Positions 1-11,405 of a DNA stretch of 64,000 nt are shown piece by piece. Made by a program: the position numbers and the translations under genes. The number at the start of each line of letters is the position of its first letter. Position 1 is the first letter of the stretch. A model generated the notes under the pieces. It was not told the origin of the DNA. It did not search any database and saw only the letters and a list, made by a program, of their open reading frames with translations. The stretch is from the NCBI RefSeq assembly GCF_036365525.1, contig NC_090380.1:65541591-65605590 (forward strand). The letters are read 5' to 3'. This DNA comes from Heterodontus francisci (Eukaryota).

Positions 1-466
1 ACTTCATCACGACCTCTCTCGACCCCTTTACTGCCTCTGATTTGCCATGCTGCTTGTCAAACATCCAGTATTGGATGAGCAGAAAATTCCTCCAGTTAGA
101 TATTGGAAAGACTGAAGCCATTGTCATCGGTCCTCATCACATACTCTTTTCCCTAGCCACTCACTTGAACTCCTTCTCTGGCCACTGTCTGTGGCTGAAC
201 TGGACTATTCGTGACCTTGATGGCCTATTTCACCCTGAGATGAGTTTTCAATCCATATTCACTCCATCACCAAGACTACATTCTTCTATCTCCATAATAT
301 TGCCGATCTCTGCTCCTGCCTCAGTCCATATGCTGCCGATACCCTCATTCATGCTTTTGTTATCTTGGGACTCGACTATTCCAATGCTCTTCTGGACAGC
401 CTCCCAACACATACACTCCATAAACTTCAGCTCATTTGTCAGCTCCCTATAGCCTAGCTCACATCA

Positions 467-503
467 AGTTCTGATGAAAGGTCATCAACCTGAAACGTTA
501 ACT
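467..503 (+). ncRNA. Minimal type-I hammerhead ribozyme motif
   Basis: agtt-CTGATGA-a-aggt(catca)acct-GAAA-CG-TT-aact: conserved core, helix II aggt/acct, helix I agtt/aact, palindromic ACGT helix III. Confidence 0.7.
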
Positions 504-600
504 CTGCTTCTGTCTCCACAGATGCTGCCAGACTTGCTGAATATTTCCAACACTTTGTTTTTATTTCAGACTTCCAGCATCCTCGGTATTTTGCTTTTAT
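467..600 (+). mobile_element. Penelope-like element terminal (pLTR) fragment inserted into L2
   Basis: Same sequence as the 3' end of the GIY-YIG-bearing element at 41244-41343. Flanked by near-perfect duplication tcacatcaagt (459-469) / tcacattaagt (600-610). Confidence 0.8.
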
Positions 601-1894
601 CACATTAAGTCCCGTTCACCTATCCTGTGCTCACTGACGTACGTTGGCTTCTGGTCTGGCAATGCCTCAAATTTAAAATTCTCATCTTTGTGTTCAATTC
701 CCTCCACTGCTTCACTTCTCCCCTATCTGTGACTTGCTCCAAAATCTCTGCGTTCTTCCAATTCTGGCCTCCTGTGCATCCCCACTTTCCCCTGCCTCAC
801 CATTGGCTGCTTTGGCTGTAAGCTCTGGAATTCCATCCCTAAATCTGTCTAACTCCCTTTTGTCCTTTTAAGATGCTCTTTAACATCTATTTCTTTGACC
901 AAGGTTCTGTTTACTTGTCCCAATATCGGTGTCGAAGTTTGCCTAATAATGCTCCTGTGAAACAGCTTGGGATGTTGTACTATCTTAAATACAAAATGCA
1001 AGTTGTTGTTTTACACACTGCTGAACTGTTGGGGCAGATATGCGAGGAATAACTTCATTGTTGAGAATGACTCAGCAAAACTAGAAACCTGCAGTAAAAT
1101 TGGTCTCTTAACAATATGCCATAGACCAGAGCAAGTGTAAAATATCTGTGATGATTCCTTAGAACTGTGGGATGCTTGTTGAGGATCTCTTGAAGTACTG
1201 CATGTGGACATGCAAACTTGGATTAAATGTTAGCAGATTGAATTTACGTAGGGATGCGCAGTTGAATAAATTGCAAGTTAAGGTGACAAGCAAATGGCAT
1301 TTGGTTCGTGCAGAACCATAACTGCAGAGGTGCCTGGGGGAGACCAATACAGGCATTTTCTGATTTCCATTGAGAATTAGAGCAGATGCTAACAGCTTGC
1401 TCACACAGTTGAATCATAGACTGGTTCTAGGTTCTTTAAATTATTTAATTCGTAGATTAACAGTGCTGGTGTCTCCAAATTCTGATTGTAATATCAACAA
1501 TTTTTTGTATAAATAAACTAAAACAAACCAGAGACTGCTAGCCTGTGATTCAGATAACTGATGTCTCGGGGATAGAGGGGTGATGTTTTTTCCCCAGTTT
1601 GAGTTGGCTCCTTTAATACTCGACTGTAACTAACAATTTCCTTTAATCTCATTGTATTTAACAGGAGTGAACCAGTTCTAGTCATATTAATAATATTTAA
1701 ACTGATTATTCAAAGTTTGAGAAGTTCTTGAAAGTAGCCATCAAAACTGCCATTGTATGATTTAATTATATGTGTAAAAAGCTAATTAATCTCCTGTGAT
1801 GTTGCACACACAATGTCAAACTAACTGTACTCTTCAGGGAGGCAGGGTTAGATGGCGGGGGATAACTAGAGCAGGGCATGCAGATGTAAACAAG

Positions 1895-2050
1895 AGGTAG
1901 TGCCCACAGAACGATACCACAAGAGTCAGTGCCAGATGAATCATACCCTAGTGAGCGTGAGCGCCAGAGGAACTGTACCCCTGTGAGAGTTAGTGCCAGG
2001 GTAACTGTACCCCAGTGAGAGTCAGTGTCAGGGAACTATAGCCCAGTTGG
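1895..2050. repeat. ~30-bp minisatellite (gtgagagtcagtgccagggaactgtacccca-like), about 5 diverged units
   Basis: Recurring gagtcagtgccag...aactgtacccc units seen directly. Confidence 0.8.
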
Positions 2051-2119
2051 AGGTAGTCCGAGAAATGAAAGCAGATAGGCATTAATGTGAAGTCATTTTC
2101 ATCGAGTTTCCAGTAGTAG

Positions 2120-2184
2120 GGCTCGGGAGATGAATTGTCAATTTCAGGAGACTCCCACCCAAAGCAGGAGGGTTGGCAACGGTA
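2120..2184 (-). mobile_element. DNA transposon terminus fragment (TAGGGTTGCCAAC-type end)
   Basis: Reverse complement taccgttgccaaccctcctgct...gagtctcctgaaatt resembles a common vertebrate non-autonomous DNA transposon end (from recall). Confidence 0.45.
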
Positions 2185-3604
2185 CTATGACTATTTGCAG
2201 ATAATACCTTTGTGATCAAATGCACAGCACCTTGTGGAAAGCCTTCAAAAGGAGGCACACTACAACCTTCTGCCTATTCAGAATTGTAGACATTGCTGGA
2301 AAAAAACTGTCAGAAACTTACTAAACTATGTAGTTGTCCGGCTAATTGTAATTTGTCCATTGTCTGAAACGCTGTCTCTTTCTGGGCAATGATGCTGCAC
2401 AGCGATGTCCAAATACTATTCTGAAGGCAAGTGAACTGGGAGTTGACCATTTTCATTTTCTATGAGATTGCTAATAGTAAATTGGAGCATGTGTTGCTCT
2501 CACTTTTCATCTTGTCTCTGATTTGTTCATTCTCTTTTTATGTAAATCTTTCCTCGTCTATCTTTCTTATGCATGCTCAGTTTCTGTCTTTCTCCCTTTT
2601 CTCCTGAATGTCTTTCTTACTTATGTGTGTCTTACTTTTCATCTCATCTTTTACAGCCCAGACTGAGGCCTCGAGGTGCAGAAATTACCTATTCTCTCAC
2701 TGGGAGTGTGGGGGCGGCCATCCAGAGAACAAACAGGCCACAAACAAGCAACATTCCCTTTACGATGCATGTGTGGCCACGCATTAATCTTAAAGGGACC
2801 ACGCAGTATAGCAAGCTGGCTGCGCACAACAAACAGCAGTTAGAGGGAACACTAGTAGGAGAAGGGGTGAGGTTGGAGTGTATGTCATGTTATTGCATTT
2901 GCACTGATTTGGGAAGGTAAATACTGGAATAAGGAGGGTATGGGAGACCAGGGTCTGAGAATACACCTATGGGTGCATTATTAATTAATATTAGCAGATC
3001 TTACGTGATGTAGCTCACAGAGAGCCAGAGGTTTATAAGCGAAACAGTATTACCAGGGACTCTGACATATCAGGATTCAGTATAGCCCTGGGAACTTGGG
3101 AGGGGAAATTGGAAAGTGGTCAGGGGTCTGGAAGTACTGGGATGGAGTATTGGACACGAGCAGTATTGTGAGGTGCGTCCCTAGGTTTAGCAGCACAGGG
3201 AAGAATGTTTGAGGATTCCAGGACCACTGAAGAGGGAGGTTCTTGGTGGCAGGTTCTGGGATCATGGAGCTTTGAAAATGCAGTTATAGGGTTTCAGAGT
3301 GGAGTTGGGAGTATGTCTGTAGGTTAGGTTCTGGGGTTCAGGATTAAGGAGGGATGTTTTGGAGCATTAGTGGGAGAATCTGTCAATATTGAAGTTTGCT
3401 GGGATCTGGTGGGGAACTGGGTCTAAGTGTTACAAAGGGCAGCTGAAAAGAATGGGATTCAAATTGCCATTGGCCCCTTGAGAAAAGTTAGGCTCCAAAT
3501 GCCCACCACATTCTCACCCATTAGCCAGCGCCAACCTGTTAATAGTGCCTTTTGTCCCCTCAGATTTCCATAAACAAACACAAACCATCTCATAAAATAT
3601 TAAT

Positions 3605-4303
3605 GGCCCAGATTTACTTCCAAAAGAAGACTAAGTTTGATGCACATACAGTTATTTATGTATATATTGTCCAGCAACATTGCGAGGAAGCAATACACCG
3701 TGAATTGTGAATCTCCTCAAATTGCTGGACGATTTGTGCCACTTGGCAATTAACCTCACGAAAACAGCCCATGGGTTTCATGAAATGACTGTCTCTACAC
3801 ATTAATTACCAATTAAACTCACCAGAGAAAGTTAGGGCTGGAATTTAACAATGTAAGTGCCATTATAATGTCCTGGAATGTCATTCAATGTCTCTGTCAC
3901 AGAAAGAGAACAATTTAAACTGTGGCCTCTCATTCCTGCAAGTAATTGTTAGGTGAGTTTTTTTTTACATTTTACATTTTTTCTTACTTTTCCTTTCTTT
4001 TTCTTTTGTAATTTAATCTTTCTTTCCTTCTGTTTATCTATCTTTCTGTATCTGACCCTAATTCAACCTATTTCCTTCTCTGTAATTCATCTGTTTTTTT
4101 CTCAATCCCTAAATCTCATTGGTTAAGGAACTAGACTATTGGTCCATTATTCACCACGGTCTCAAATGCCTTGTTGTCCATGCCATTATCAGCTTGCACT
4201 TCTAGTAACTTGCAGGGAAAAATGTTTCAAGCTAAAGGGTGAGGGAATTAGTCTAACTAACAGGGCATGTTGAGAGATGCCCTACTCCAGCAAAATCTGG
4301 GCC
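3605..4303. mobile_element. Non-autonomous TIR element (Harbinger-like MITE)
   Basis: Termini ggcccagattt / aaatctgggcc. Internal similarity to the copy at 24778-25515. Confidence 0.7.
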
Positions 4304-4668
4304 AGTGTTTTACAACATTTCCAAGTTTTTATACATCAATCGATTGATATATCGATTATGTACTAAAAACAGTCACTGGATGCAAGAGTCTACAAGTACT
4401 GCACAGTAGGTGACACTGTAAAAATACTGTTATTTATGTGACACATTGAAAACAATGGGCTGCAACCTAATGTTACATGACTGGCCACTGAACTGCCTTA
4501 GTAACTCGAAATCAATTCATCCAAAAAGAAAAATCATAATTCCATCATCTTAGGAATAGGCCAGATGAACACATCATGTTTTAACAGAACCTATAAAGGC
4601 AAAGTGTAGATCACCAGTAATCGCCAGGAATGTAATTTTCCAAAATGAAAGGTCTTGTCAGAACAAAG

Positions 4669-5113
4669 TTCTTCTTCTTCTTCTTCGGCCTCCTTGTCTC
4701 GGGAGACAATGGGTAAGCGCCTGGAGGTGGTCAGTGGTTTGTGGAGCAGCGCCTGGAGTGGCTATAAAGGCCAATACTAGAGTGACAGACTCTTCCACAG
4801 GGTGCTGCAGAAAAAATTGGTTGTCGGGGCTGTTACACAGTTGGCTCTCCCCTTGCGCTTCTGTCTTTTTTCCTGCCAACTACTAAGTCTCTTCGACTCG
4901 CCACACTTTAGCCCCGCCTTTATGGCTGCCCGCCAGCTCTGGCGATCGCTGGCAACTGACTCCCACGACTTGTGATCAATGTTACAGGACTTCATGTCGC
5001 GTTTGCAGACGTCTTTAAAGCGGAGACATGGACGGCCGGTGGGTCTGATACCAGTGGCGAGCTCGCTGTAACAATGTGTCCTTGGGGATCCTGCCATCTT
5101 CCATGCAGCTCAT
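4669..5113 (-). mobile_element. RTE-clade LINE, 5'-truncated 3' end with (AAG)n tail
   Basis: Encodes YSELATGIRPTGRPCLRFKDVCKRDMK; (ttc)n at 4669-4687; homologous to the other RTE copies. Confidence 0.92.
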
Positions 5114-6000
5114 GTTATGGTATCACAGTAAAGAAAACATAAGTAAAAAAGGAATACCTAAACAAATTCAGCACAATGCAAGACTGAACCAGTGCTGAAC
5201 AATTTTTGAACTTCCAAATCGGAAATCCTGTAAGTATATGAGGGGCAGAGTTGAGTCTGCACCATTGGCCTGTTCCTGTGCTGTACTGTTCTTTGTTCTT
5301 TATTCATAGCCCAATTTAAGATAGCTGGGCAGCAATTAGAAAAGAGAACCAAAGCTCACAGCCTACATCAGAATGCAGACGGCAATGGTAAGTGAGGTAA
5401 AGCCATCACGGGAGCAAGTAAATCTCAACATGTATTGTAAACAGCTGGTCCGCAAACCCCACTGATGAAAAAGCAGAGCATCAACAGCCCCTCCCCACGC
5501 CCCCCCTCCCCGAAGCAAAATTTCATCCTTGCCAACTGAGACTAAATCTGTTGCAGAACTCCTCATAAATCAGGTTAACCTTCCCCCAATGTGCAGAAAG
5601 AATGATCATCACCTCAGAATGTGTAGAAATCATGGCATATGTAACAATCAGGTGAGGAAGATTCACAAGGCTCCCATCTTGTCCTTCTTGTTTAACCGCA
5701 ACAGGGTTTATTCCTTTTAAAACAGTGGATGTGCTTATCACTTCAGTGAGTGTTTAACCTTTTACCTTTGTTGTGATCATAAAAGAACCAATCAGACAGG
5801 TTTTATTGAGTTTAAACAAGAAAGAGGTGAGTTTATTGTACTTAACCGAAAACCGGATCAGAATAAAATTATAAACTACGCTACACTTTCACTCACACAC
5901 GAGAATCACACACACATAAATAGGTTACAGAGTGATGAGGGATAGTTTGGGTTCGATTAGAGCCCGGAACAAATAAAAAAAACTACAGTCTGTGATGTCT

Positions 6001-6372
6001 CGGGGAGGCGGTGGTGTAGTGGTATTGTCACTGGACTAGTAATCCAGAACCCAGACATGGTTTTGAATCTCACCACAGCAGATGGTGAAATTTGAATTCA
6101 ATTGATAAATCTGGAATTAAAAGCTAGTCTAATGATGACCATGACGATTGTTGTAAAAACCTATTTGGTTCACTAATGTGCTTTGGGGAAGAAAACCTGC
6201 TGTCCTTATCTGGTCTGGCCTACATGTGACTCCAGACCCACAGCAATGTGGTTGACTCTTAAATGCCCTCTGAAATAGCCTAGCAAGCCAATCAGTTCAA
6301 GGGCAATTAGAGATGGGCGATAAATGCTGGCCTAGCCAGCGATGGCAACTCCCACAAACAAATAAAAAAAAA
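6001..6372 (+). mobile_element. tRNA-derived SINE with CR1-group LINE-like 3' tail
   Basis: A-box-like ggtgtagtggta and degenerate B-box ggttttgaatctc; 3' end aagggcaat...ataaatgctggcctagccagcga...A-rich tail shared with 44885-44950. Confidence 0.85.
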
Positions 6373-6521
6373 TTCAGCTGTCTTCTGCCTGATTCTGGAG
6401 TTCTGACATTCTTGGTGGGTAGATATTCTTGGAGACAGTTGAGCAGGTGGTCTTCTTCCCAGTCTTTGTCTTGGATCTTTCCCAGCCAGCTGACAAACTT
6501 TGAATGCCCCCAAGGTCACCT

Positions 6522-6571
6522 GGAGAGAGAGAGAGGGAGGGAGAGAGAGAGAGAGAGACACACACACACAC
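6522..6571. repeat. Compound microsatellite (GA)n(CA)n
   Basis: Seen directly. Confidence 0.9.
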
Positions 6572-6900
6572 CCTCCCCCCCCACCATGGGTTCTCCTTGC
6601 TTCAAAGTCTAGTAGCTTGTGTCCTTGTAGCAAAAGGCTGCTCGTTCTTCACAGATGGGGAGGCAGTCCCATGATTGTCCAGTGTCCTTGTTTGCAGTTT
6701 AATTAGATTCAAGTCTAGAAATTCTCAATCCCTCTCGAGTCTAATTGTTTTAATGTTTACGCCCTGGAGGTACATCTCCACTGTTAATGTTCCAAGATGG
6801 CTTTGAATGTCCTGCTAACAAGAGTGATACTGGATAATCTACTCAGTGATCCAAGCTATTGTCCCAGATGGGACCTCGTTAAACATGCGTCTCCAATTTA

Positions 6901-7217
6901 GGGACGGCGCAGTGGTTAGCACCGCAGCCTCACAGCTCCCGGGACCCAGATTCGATTCTGGGTACTGCCTGTGCGGAGTTTGCAAATTCTCCCTGTGACC
7001 GTGTGGGTTTTCGCCGGGTGCTCCGGTTTCCTCCCACAGCCAAAGACTTGCAGGTTGATGGGTAAATTGGCCATTGTAAATTGCCCCTAGTGTAGGTAGG
7101 TGGTAGGGAATATGGGATTACTGTAGGGTTAGTATAAATGGGTGGTTGTTGGTCGGCACAGACTCGGTGGGCCGAAGGGCCTGTTTCAGTGCTGTATCTC
7201 TAAATAAATAAATAAAA
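6901..7217 (+). mobile_element. HE1-type V-SINE
   Basis: tRNA-like head ggcgcagtggttagc...ttcgattc; V-domain gtgggttttcgccgggtgctccggtttcctcccaca; CR1-like tail gggccgaagggcctgtttc; (TAAA)n. Confidence 0.92.
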
Positions 7218-8859
7218 TTCAATGTCCTAGAATGTGAGGTATTTGAATGCAAATTGGGGTGGCCATCTTGGCTGCTAGCTTTTTAAAAGTTAAATGTAGG
7301 ATCCCAGCTTTCCTTTTTAAATGTTTAATGTAGGTTTCCAGTAATGAATTAAAAATCCTCATTTGGCATAGCATGTTTTCTCGACACATAGCACCAACTC
7401 TCTCCACTAAGCAGTTCCCCCCCACCTCCACGAAAGAGCAGGAATTCCCATCCTTCAATTGACCAGTTCACCTACAACCATTGAGAAGAAGCAATCAAAC
7501 CAATTCTGCCTCACTCAGCAGTAAGTTAGCAACAGGAAAACCCCCAGTTGAGCAGAAAATAAAGACTTCCTCTTCCATTGAGCACAGATCAGTACACAAA
7601 ATCCTCCAGTGAGGGAAAGTTCGATCCCTGCCTAACTGAATAGAATTTGCTCATGCCTACCCCACTGTACATAAATGTTGCCATCAACCCCATCCTACTC
7701 CCACTTAGCAGAAATCCTCAAACATTCCCACCCCCACTTAATGGCAAACTCGGTTTTCGCTGCCCCCTGCTGAGAACAAAGAGATCCTGCCATGCTCCAT
7801 TTCGAGTGAGGACAAACATAGCTTTCCATCGTGTGCTCCTGAGTACAAAAATTATCAATTGCTCTCCCCCACCCTTCAACTGAGGCCAACTTATCCTTCC
7901 CCCGCCCGTCCTTCCTACCATCGCTGAGGTCAAATTCATCCTCCCTCATCCATCTCTCAAACCCTCACCCCTCACTGAAGACAAAGAAGGCTTACTGTTC
8001 CCCCGCCCCCCCCCCCCCCACCCCACTAAACATAAATAGCCTTCCCATTAACTGCCACTTAGAACAAATTCAGGCCTAATCCTGTCCCCCATGATCAGTA
8101 ACTCACCATTCACAAAAAGCAAATTAGCTCCCCACCCCCACCATGCAGAGGAACTACTTGTGGCTCTTCCAAAACCTCAACCAGAAGCAACTCAGCACAA
8201 TCCCCCACCTTATGTAATGTCCGTCACAATAAGGGGAATAAGACAAACTCCTTTTCCTGCATGGAGATATAAATGGGCTCCCCCTACTATTGAGGAAAAT
8301 TGGCCAAAGTCCTCGTGCAATCAACCCTTCCCCATCCACAGTTTCTCCCTCTCCTCCACTCCTGTCCCCTCGATCTTCTCCTCCTCCCCTCCACTTCTCC
8401 CTGTCCACCTCCCCATCCTCCTTCCTCCCTGACCACCTACTCTCTCACCACTTTTCCCCCAACCTATTTTCCCCACTGTAAATAAATGGGCATTGTCCCA
8501 GTGCCACCACCCTTTCACTGTCCTCTGTTGCTTACTCTTTGCCACCCACTCCCCCTGATGAAGTCTCACCAAGGCCATTTATATTATAGTGGTCATAGTT
8601 TTCTACTGAACAGTCCTAGCAATACAGCCAGGACTATATTCACTTTGGGTGAAATGGTGCTTGAACCTTTAGGGAGCGTTCCCAAGTTCATTTCCTTTCA
8701 TGTCACCTTTCATCTACCACCCATGCTATACTCTATATACACATCCTGTGTATCATGAGTTTCTTTGTGTTATCTTAAGCAACACAATGAGGTATGTGGA
8801 TTCCAGTTCCTTGAAGATCTCTGAAAGGTTTATTTCCAGCTAAACTGGTAGTTAGTTCG

Positions 8860-9590
8860 AAGATGGTAGGTTGAAGCCCCACTGTGGAACTTGAGCATGT
8901 AATTTAGGCTGGTGCTTCAGTACCGATGGAATACTATCAGAGTTACTATGCTTCAGATGCATTATCAAAGTAAGATCCTGTCTGCCTGCTTAGGTGAACA
9001 TAAAACATTTTATGGCAGGGGCATTTTTTCTTGTGTGCTGGCAAACAATTGTCCCTCAATAAACACCACCAAAAATAGGTCTTAGAGCAGGCTGTCATTA
9101 ACATTGTACGAAATAAGCCTTGTAAATTGACTGAAGAGTGCTTTCCAGATTCATTGCCGAAATGGCCTGCAAACTACCTGAAGTGTATTCAAAATGGAGT
9201 TTTAACTTGAAAGTTGCTTAGTGTGGAGTTCAGCTGTTGAACTGAATGCTGGCAAGTGGCTAGAAAGCAAAGTTCTCAGCTAGTCAAACTCAGGCCATAA
9301 AAGCTTTTAAGCTAATCAGACTATAACATTTTTAATTACACCAGGTAAGTTTGTGTGTACTAACAATGCCTTCATTTAGTGTTAAAAGCCATTTGGGAGA
9401 CACAGGTCCAGAGAATAATTCCCCATTTCTATTTGTGGGGAACCTTGCAGTGTGAAAACTCGCAGCCATGTTTGCCTACAAAACAATAGTGTCTACACTA
9501 CAAAAATAGTAAATTGACTGTTAAGCACTTTAATGGGACAACCTGAGGACATGATGGGCGCTACAGAAATGCAAATTCTTTGCTTTTGTT
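8860..9590 (+). mobile_element. Old DeuSINE-like SINE split by an unclassified 330-bp insertion
   Basis: Deu-like core (ctgtctgcctgcttaggtgaacataaaac...ccctcaataaacaccacc) continues after 9420 into an L2-type tail (aaatgcaaattcttt). Confidence 0.6.
9083..9417 (+). repeat. Unclassified ~330-bp interspersed repeat, copy 1
   Basis: Reverse-complement match to 11406-11729. Confidence 0.85.
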
Positions 9591-9779
9591 CATTTAGCCA
9601 ACTGCGATCCCTCTTACCATATCTCCCTTCACACAATGAGATACAAATTTAGTACACAGTCCCTCAGGTAGTACTTTATAAATACTTTTTGAAAATCCAA
9701 ACAGATGATGTTTACTGGATTTATGTGATTCATCATTCCAGTGATTTCTTCAAAAAGCTAGATCAGGTTTATCAAACGT

Positions 9780-11340
9780 GAGTCCTGTTTTCTGGCGACG
9801 TTATCCTAAGACATGAGGCCAGCTTTCATATGTACGCTGAAGACACCAGCTCTGCCTCTGCACCATCTCTCTTGACCTCACCATCGTCTCTGTGTTGTCA
9901 GAGTGACAGGCATCCAGTCTTGGATGAGCAGTGAAACATTGAGAAGACTAAAGACCTTATTTTCGGCCCTGCTGCAAATTTCATACCCTTGCCATTGATT
10001 CCATCCTCCTCCCCAGCCACTGTCATAATTTGAGCCAGACTGTTCGCAACCTCGTAATCCTATTTGCACTATATGCTTCTGACTCCATATTTGAATTTGG
10101 CCTAACCATCAGCCTCAAGAAAACGAACATCATGGGGCAGGATGTCAGAAATGCTCCATCCATCAATATTGGCGACCACGCTCTGGAAGTGGTTCAAGAG
10201 TTCACCTACCTAGGCTCAACTATCACCAGTAACCTGTCTCTAGATGCAGAAATCAACAAGCGCATGGGTAAGGCTTCCACTGCTATGTTCAGACTGGCCA
10301 AGAGAGTGTGGGAAAATGGCGCACTGACACGGAACACAAAAGTCCGAGTGTATCAGGCCTGTGTCCTCAGTACCTTGCTCTACGGCAGCGAGGCCTGGAC
10401 AACGTATGCCAGCCAAGAGCGACGTCTCAATTCATTCCATCTTCGCTGCCTTCGGAGAATACTTGGCATCAGGTGGCAGGACTATATCTCCAACACAGAA
10501 GTCCTTGAAGCGGCCAACATCCCCAGCTTATACACACTACTGAGTCAGCGGCGCTTGAGATGGCTTGGCCATGTGAGCCGCATGGAAGATGGCAGGATCC
10601 CCAAAGACACATTGTACAGCGAGCTCGCCACTGGTATCAGACCCACCGGCCGTCCATGTCTCCGTTATAAAGACGTCTGCAAACGCGACATGAAATCGTG
10701 TGACATTGATCACAAGTCGTGGGAGTCAGTTGCCAGCATTCGCCAGAGCTGGCGGGCAGCCATAAAGACAGGGCTAAATTGTGGCGAGTCGAAGAGACTT
10801 AGTAGTTGGCAGGAAAAAAGACAGAGGCGCAAGGGGAGAGCCAACTGTCCAACAGCCCCAACAAACAAATTTCTCTGCAGCACCTGTGGAAGAGCCTGTT
10901 ACTCCAGAATTGGCCTTTATAGCCACTCCAGGCGCTGCTTCACAAACCACTGACCACCTCCAGGCGCGTATCCATTGTCTCTCGAGATAAGGAGGCCCAA
11001 AAGAATACTTCTCATCACAAATACTGCCTACTTCCAACTCTGTAGCATTGTCTGCCTCTGCCCATCTGCTGTTGAAACTCCCACTTTTGCCACTTTCAGA
11101 CCTGACTATTCCAATACTGTCCTGGCTGGCCTCTATACACCCAATAAACTTAACCTCATCCGAAACTCTGATTATCTGTATTCTAACTTGCAGCTAGACC
11201 TGCTCATCCATCATTGCTGCTCTTGCTGACTTACAATTCAAAATTCTCATTCTCGAGTTTCAATGCCTTCTTGCCCTCACCCCACTTTATCTCTGTAATC
11301 TCCTACAGCCCTAGAACATTGACTCTTACTTTCTGGCCTT
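9780..11340 (+). mobile_element. Decayed L2 fragment interrupted by RTE
   Basis: FHMYAEDTSS-like RT motif at ~9826; L2-like sequence resumes after 11005. Confidence 0.65.
10092..11003 (+). mobile_element. Young 5'-truncated RTE LINE (RT C-terminus and CCHH-like zinc finger)
   Basis: ORF 10030-10953: FGLTISLKKT, FTYLGS, LLYGSEAW, CSTCGRAC.SRIGLYSH; ccaaaagaa tail. Confidence 0.95.
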
Positions 11341-11405
11341 ATCTTGAATAAAGGGTCTCACACAGGACCAAGTACGGTATGAAAGTTTTATGTCATCCCC
11401 TGGGC

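Larger units (their letters stand above)
1..1010 (+). mobile_element. L2 LINE 3' portion (decayed RT C-terminus and 3' tail), interrupted by a Penelope-type fragment
   Basis: Translation CLSNIQYWMSRKFLQLDIGKTEAIVIG and later LTDVRWL..Q.LKFKIL are typical of L2 ORF2. Ends in aaatgcaagttgttgtt like the other L2 copies here. Confidence 0.85.
5640..7386 (-). mobile_element. Solo LTR related to the Gypsy element at 40581-47886, containing two SINE insertions
   Basis: TGTAAC...GACA termini; perfect 4-bp TSD cata (5636-5639 / 7387-7390); homologous to LTR 46991-47886. Confidence 0.9.

Noticed and set aside
6901-6975. tRNA gene (A/B-box-like head; also at 6001, 12134, 22418, 26834, 52540)
   Set aside because: These are tRNA-derived SINE heads followed by SINE bodies and LINE-like tails, with no full cloverleaf.
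7390-8300. CRISPR-like repeat-spacer array
   Set aside because: The core is short and degenerate, spacing is irregular, there are no cas genes, and the context is eukaryotic; reported as a degenerate tandem array instead.
10030-10091. Novel N-termini on the RTE ORFs (also 39766-39835 and 62497-62537) as fusion proteins
   Set aside because: These are flanking sequence read in frame past 5' truncation points; no promoter or splice evidence.
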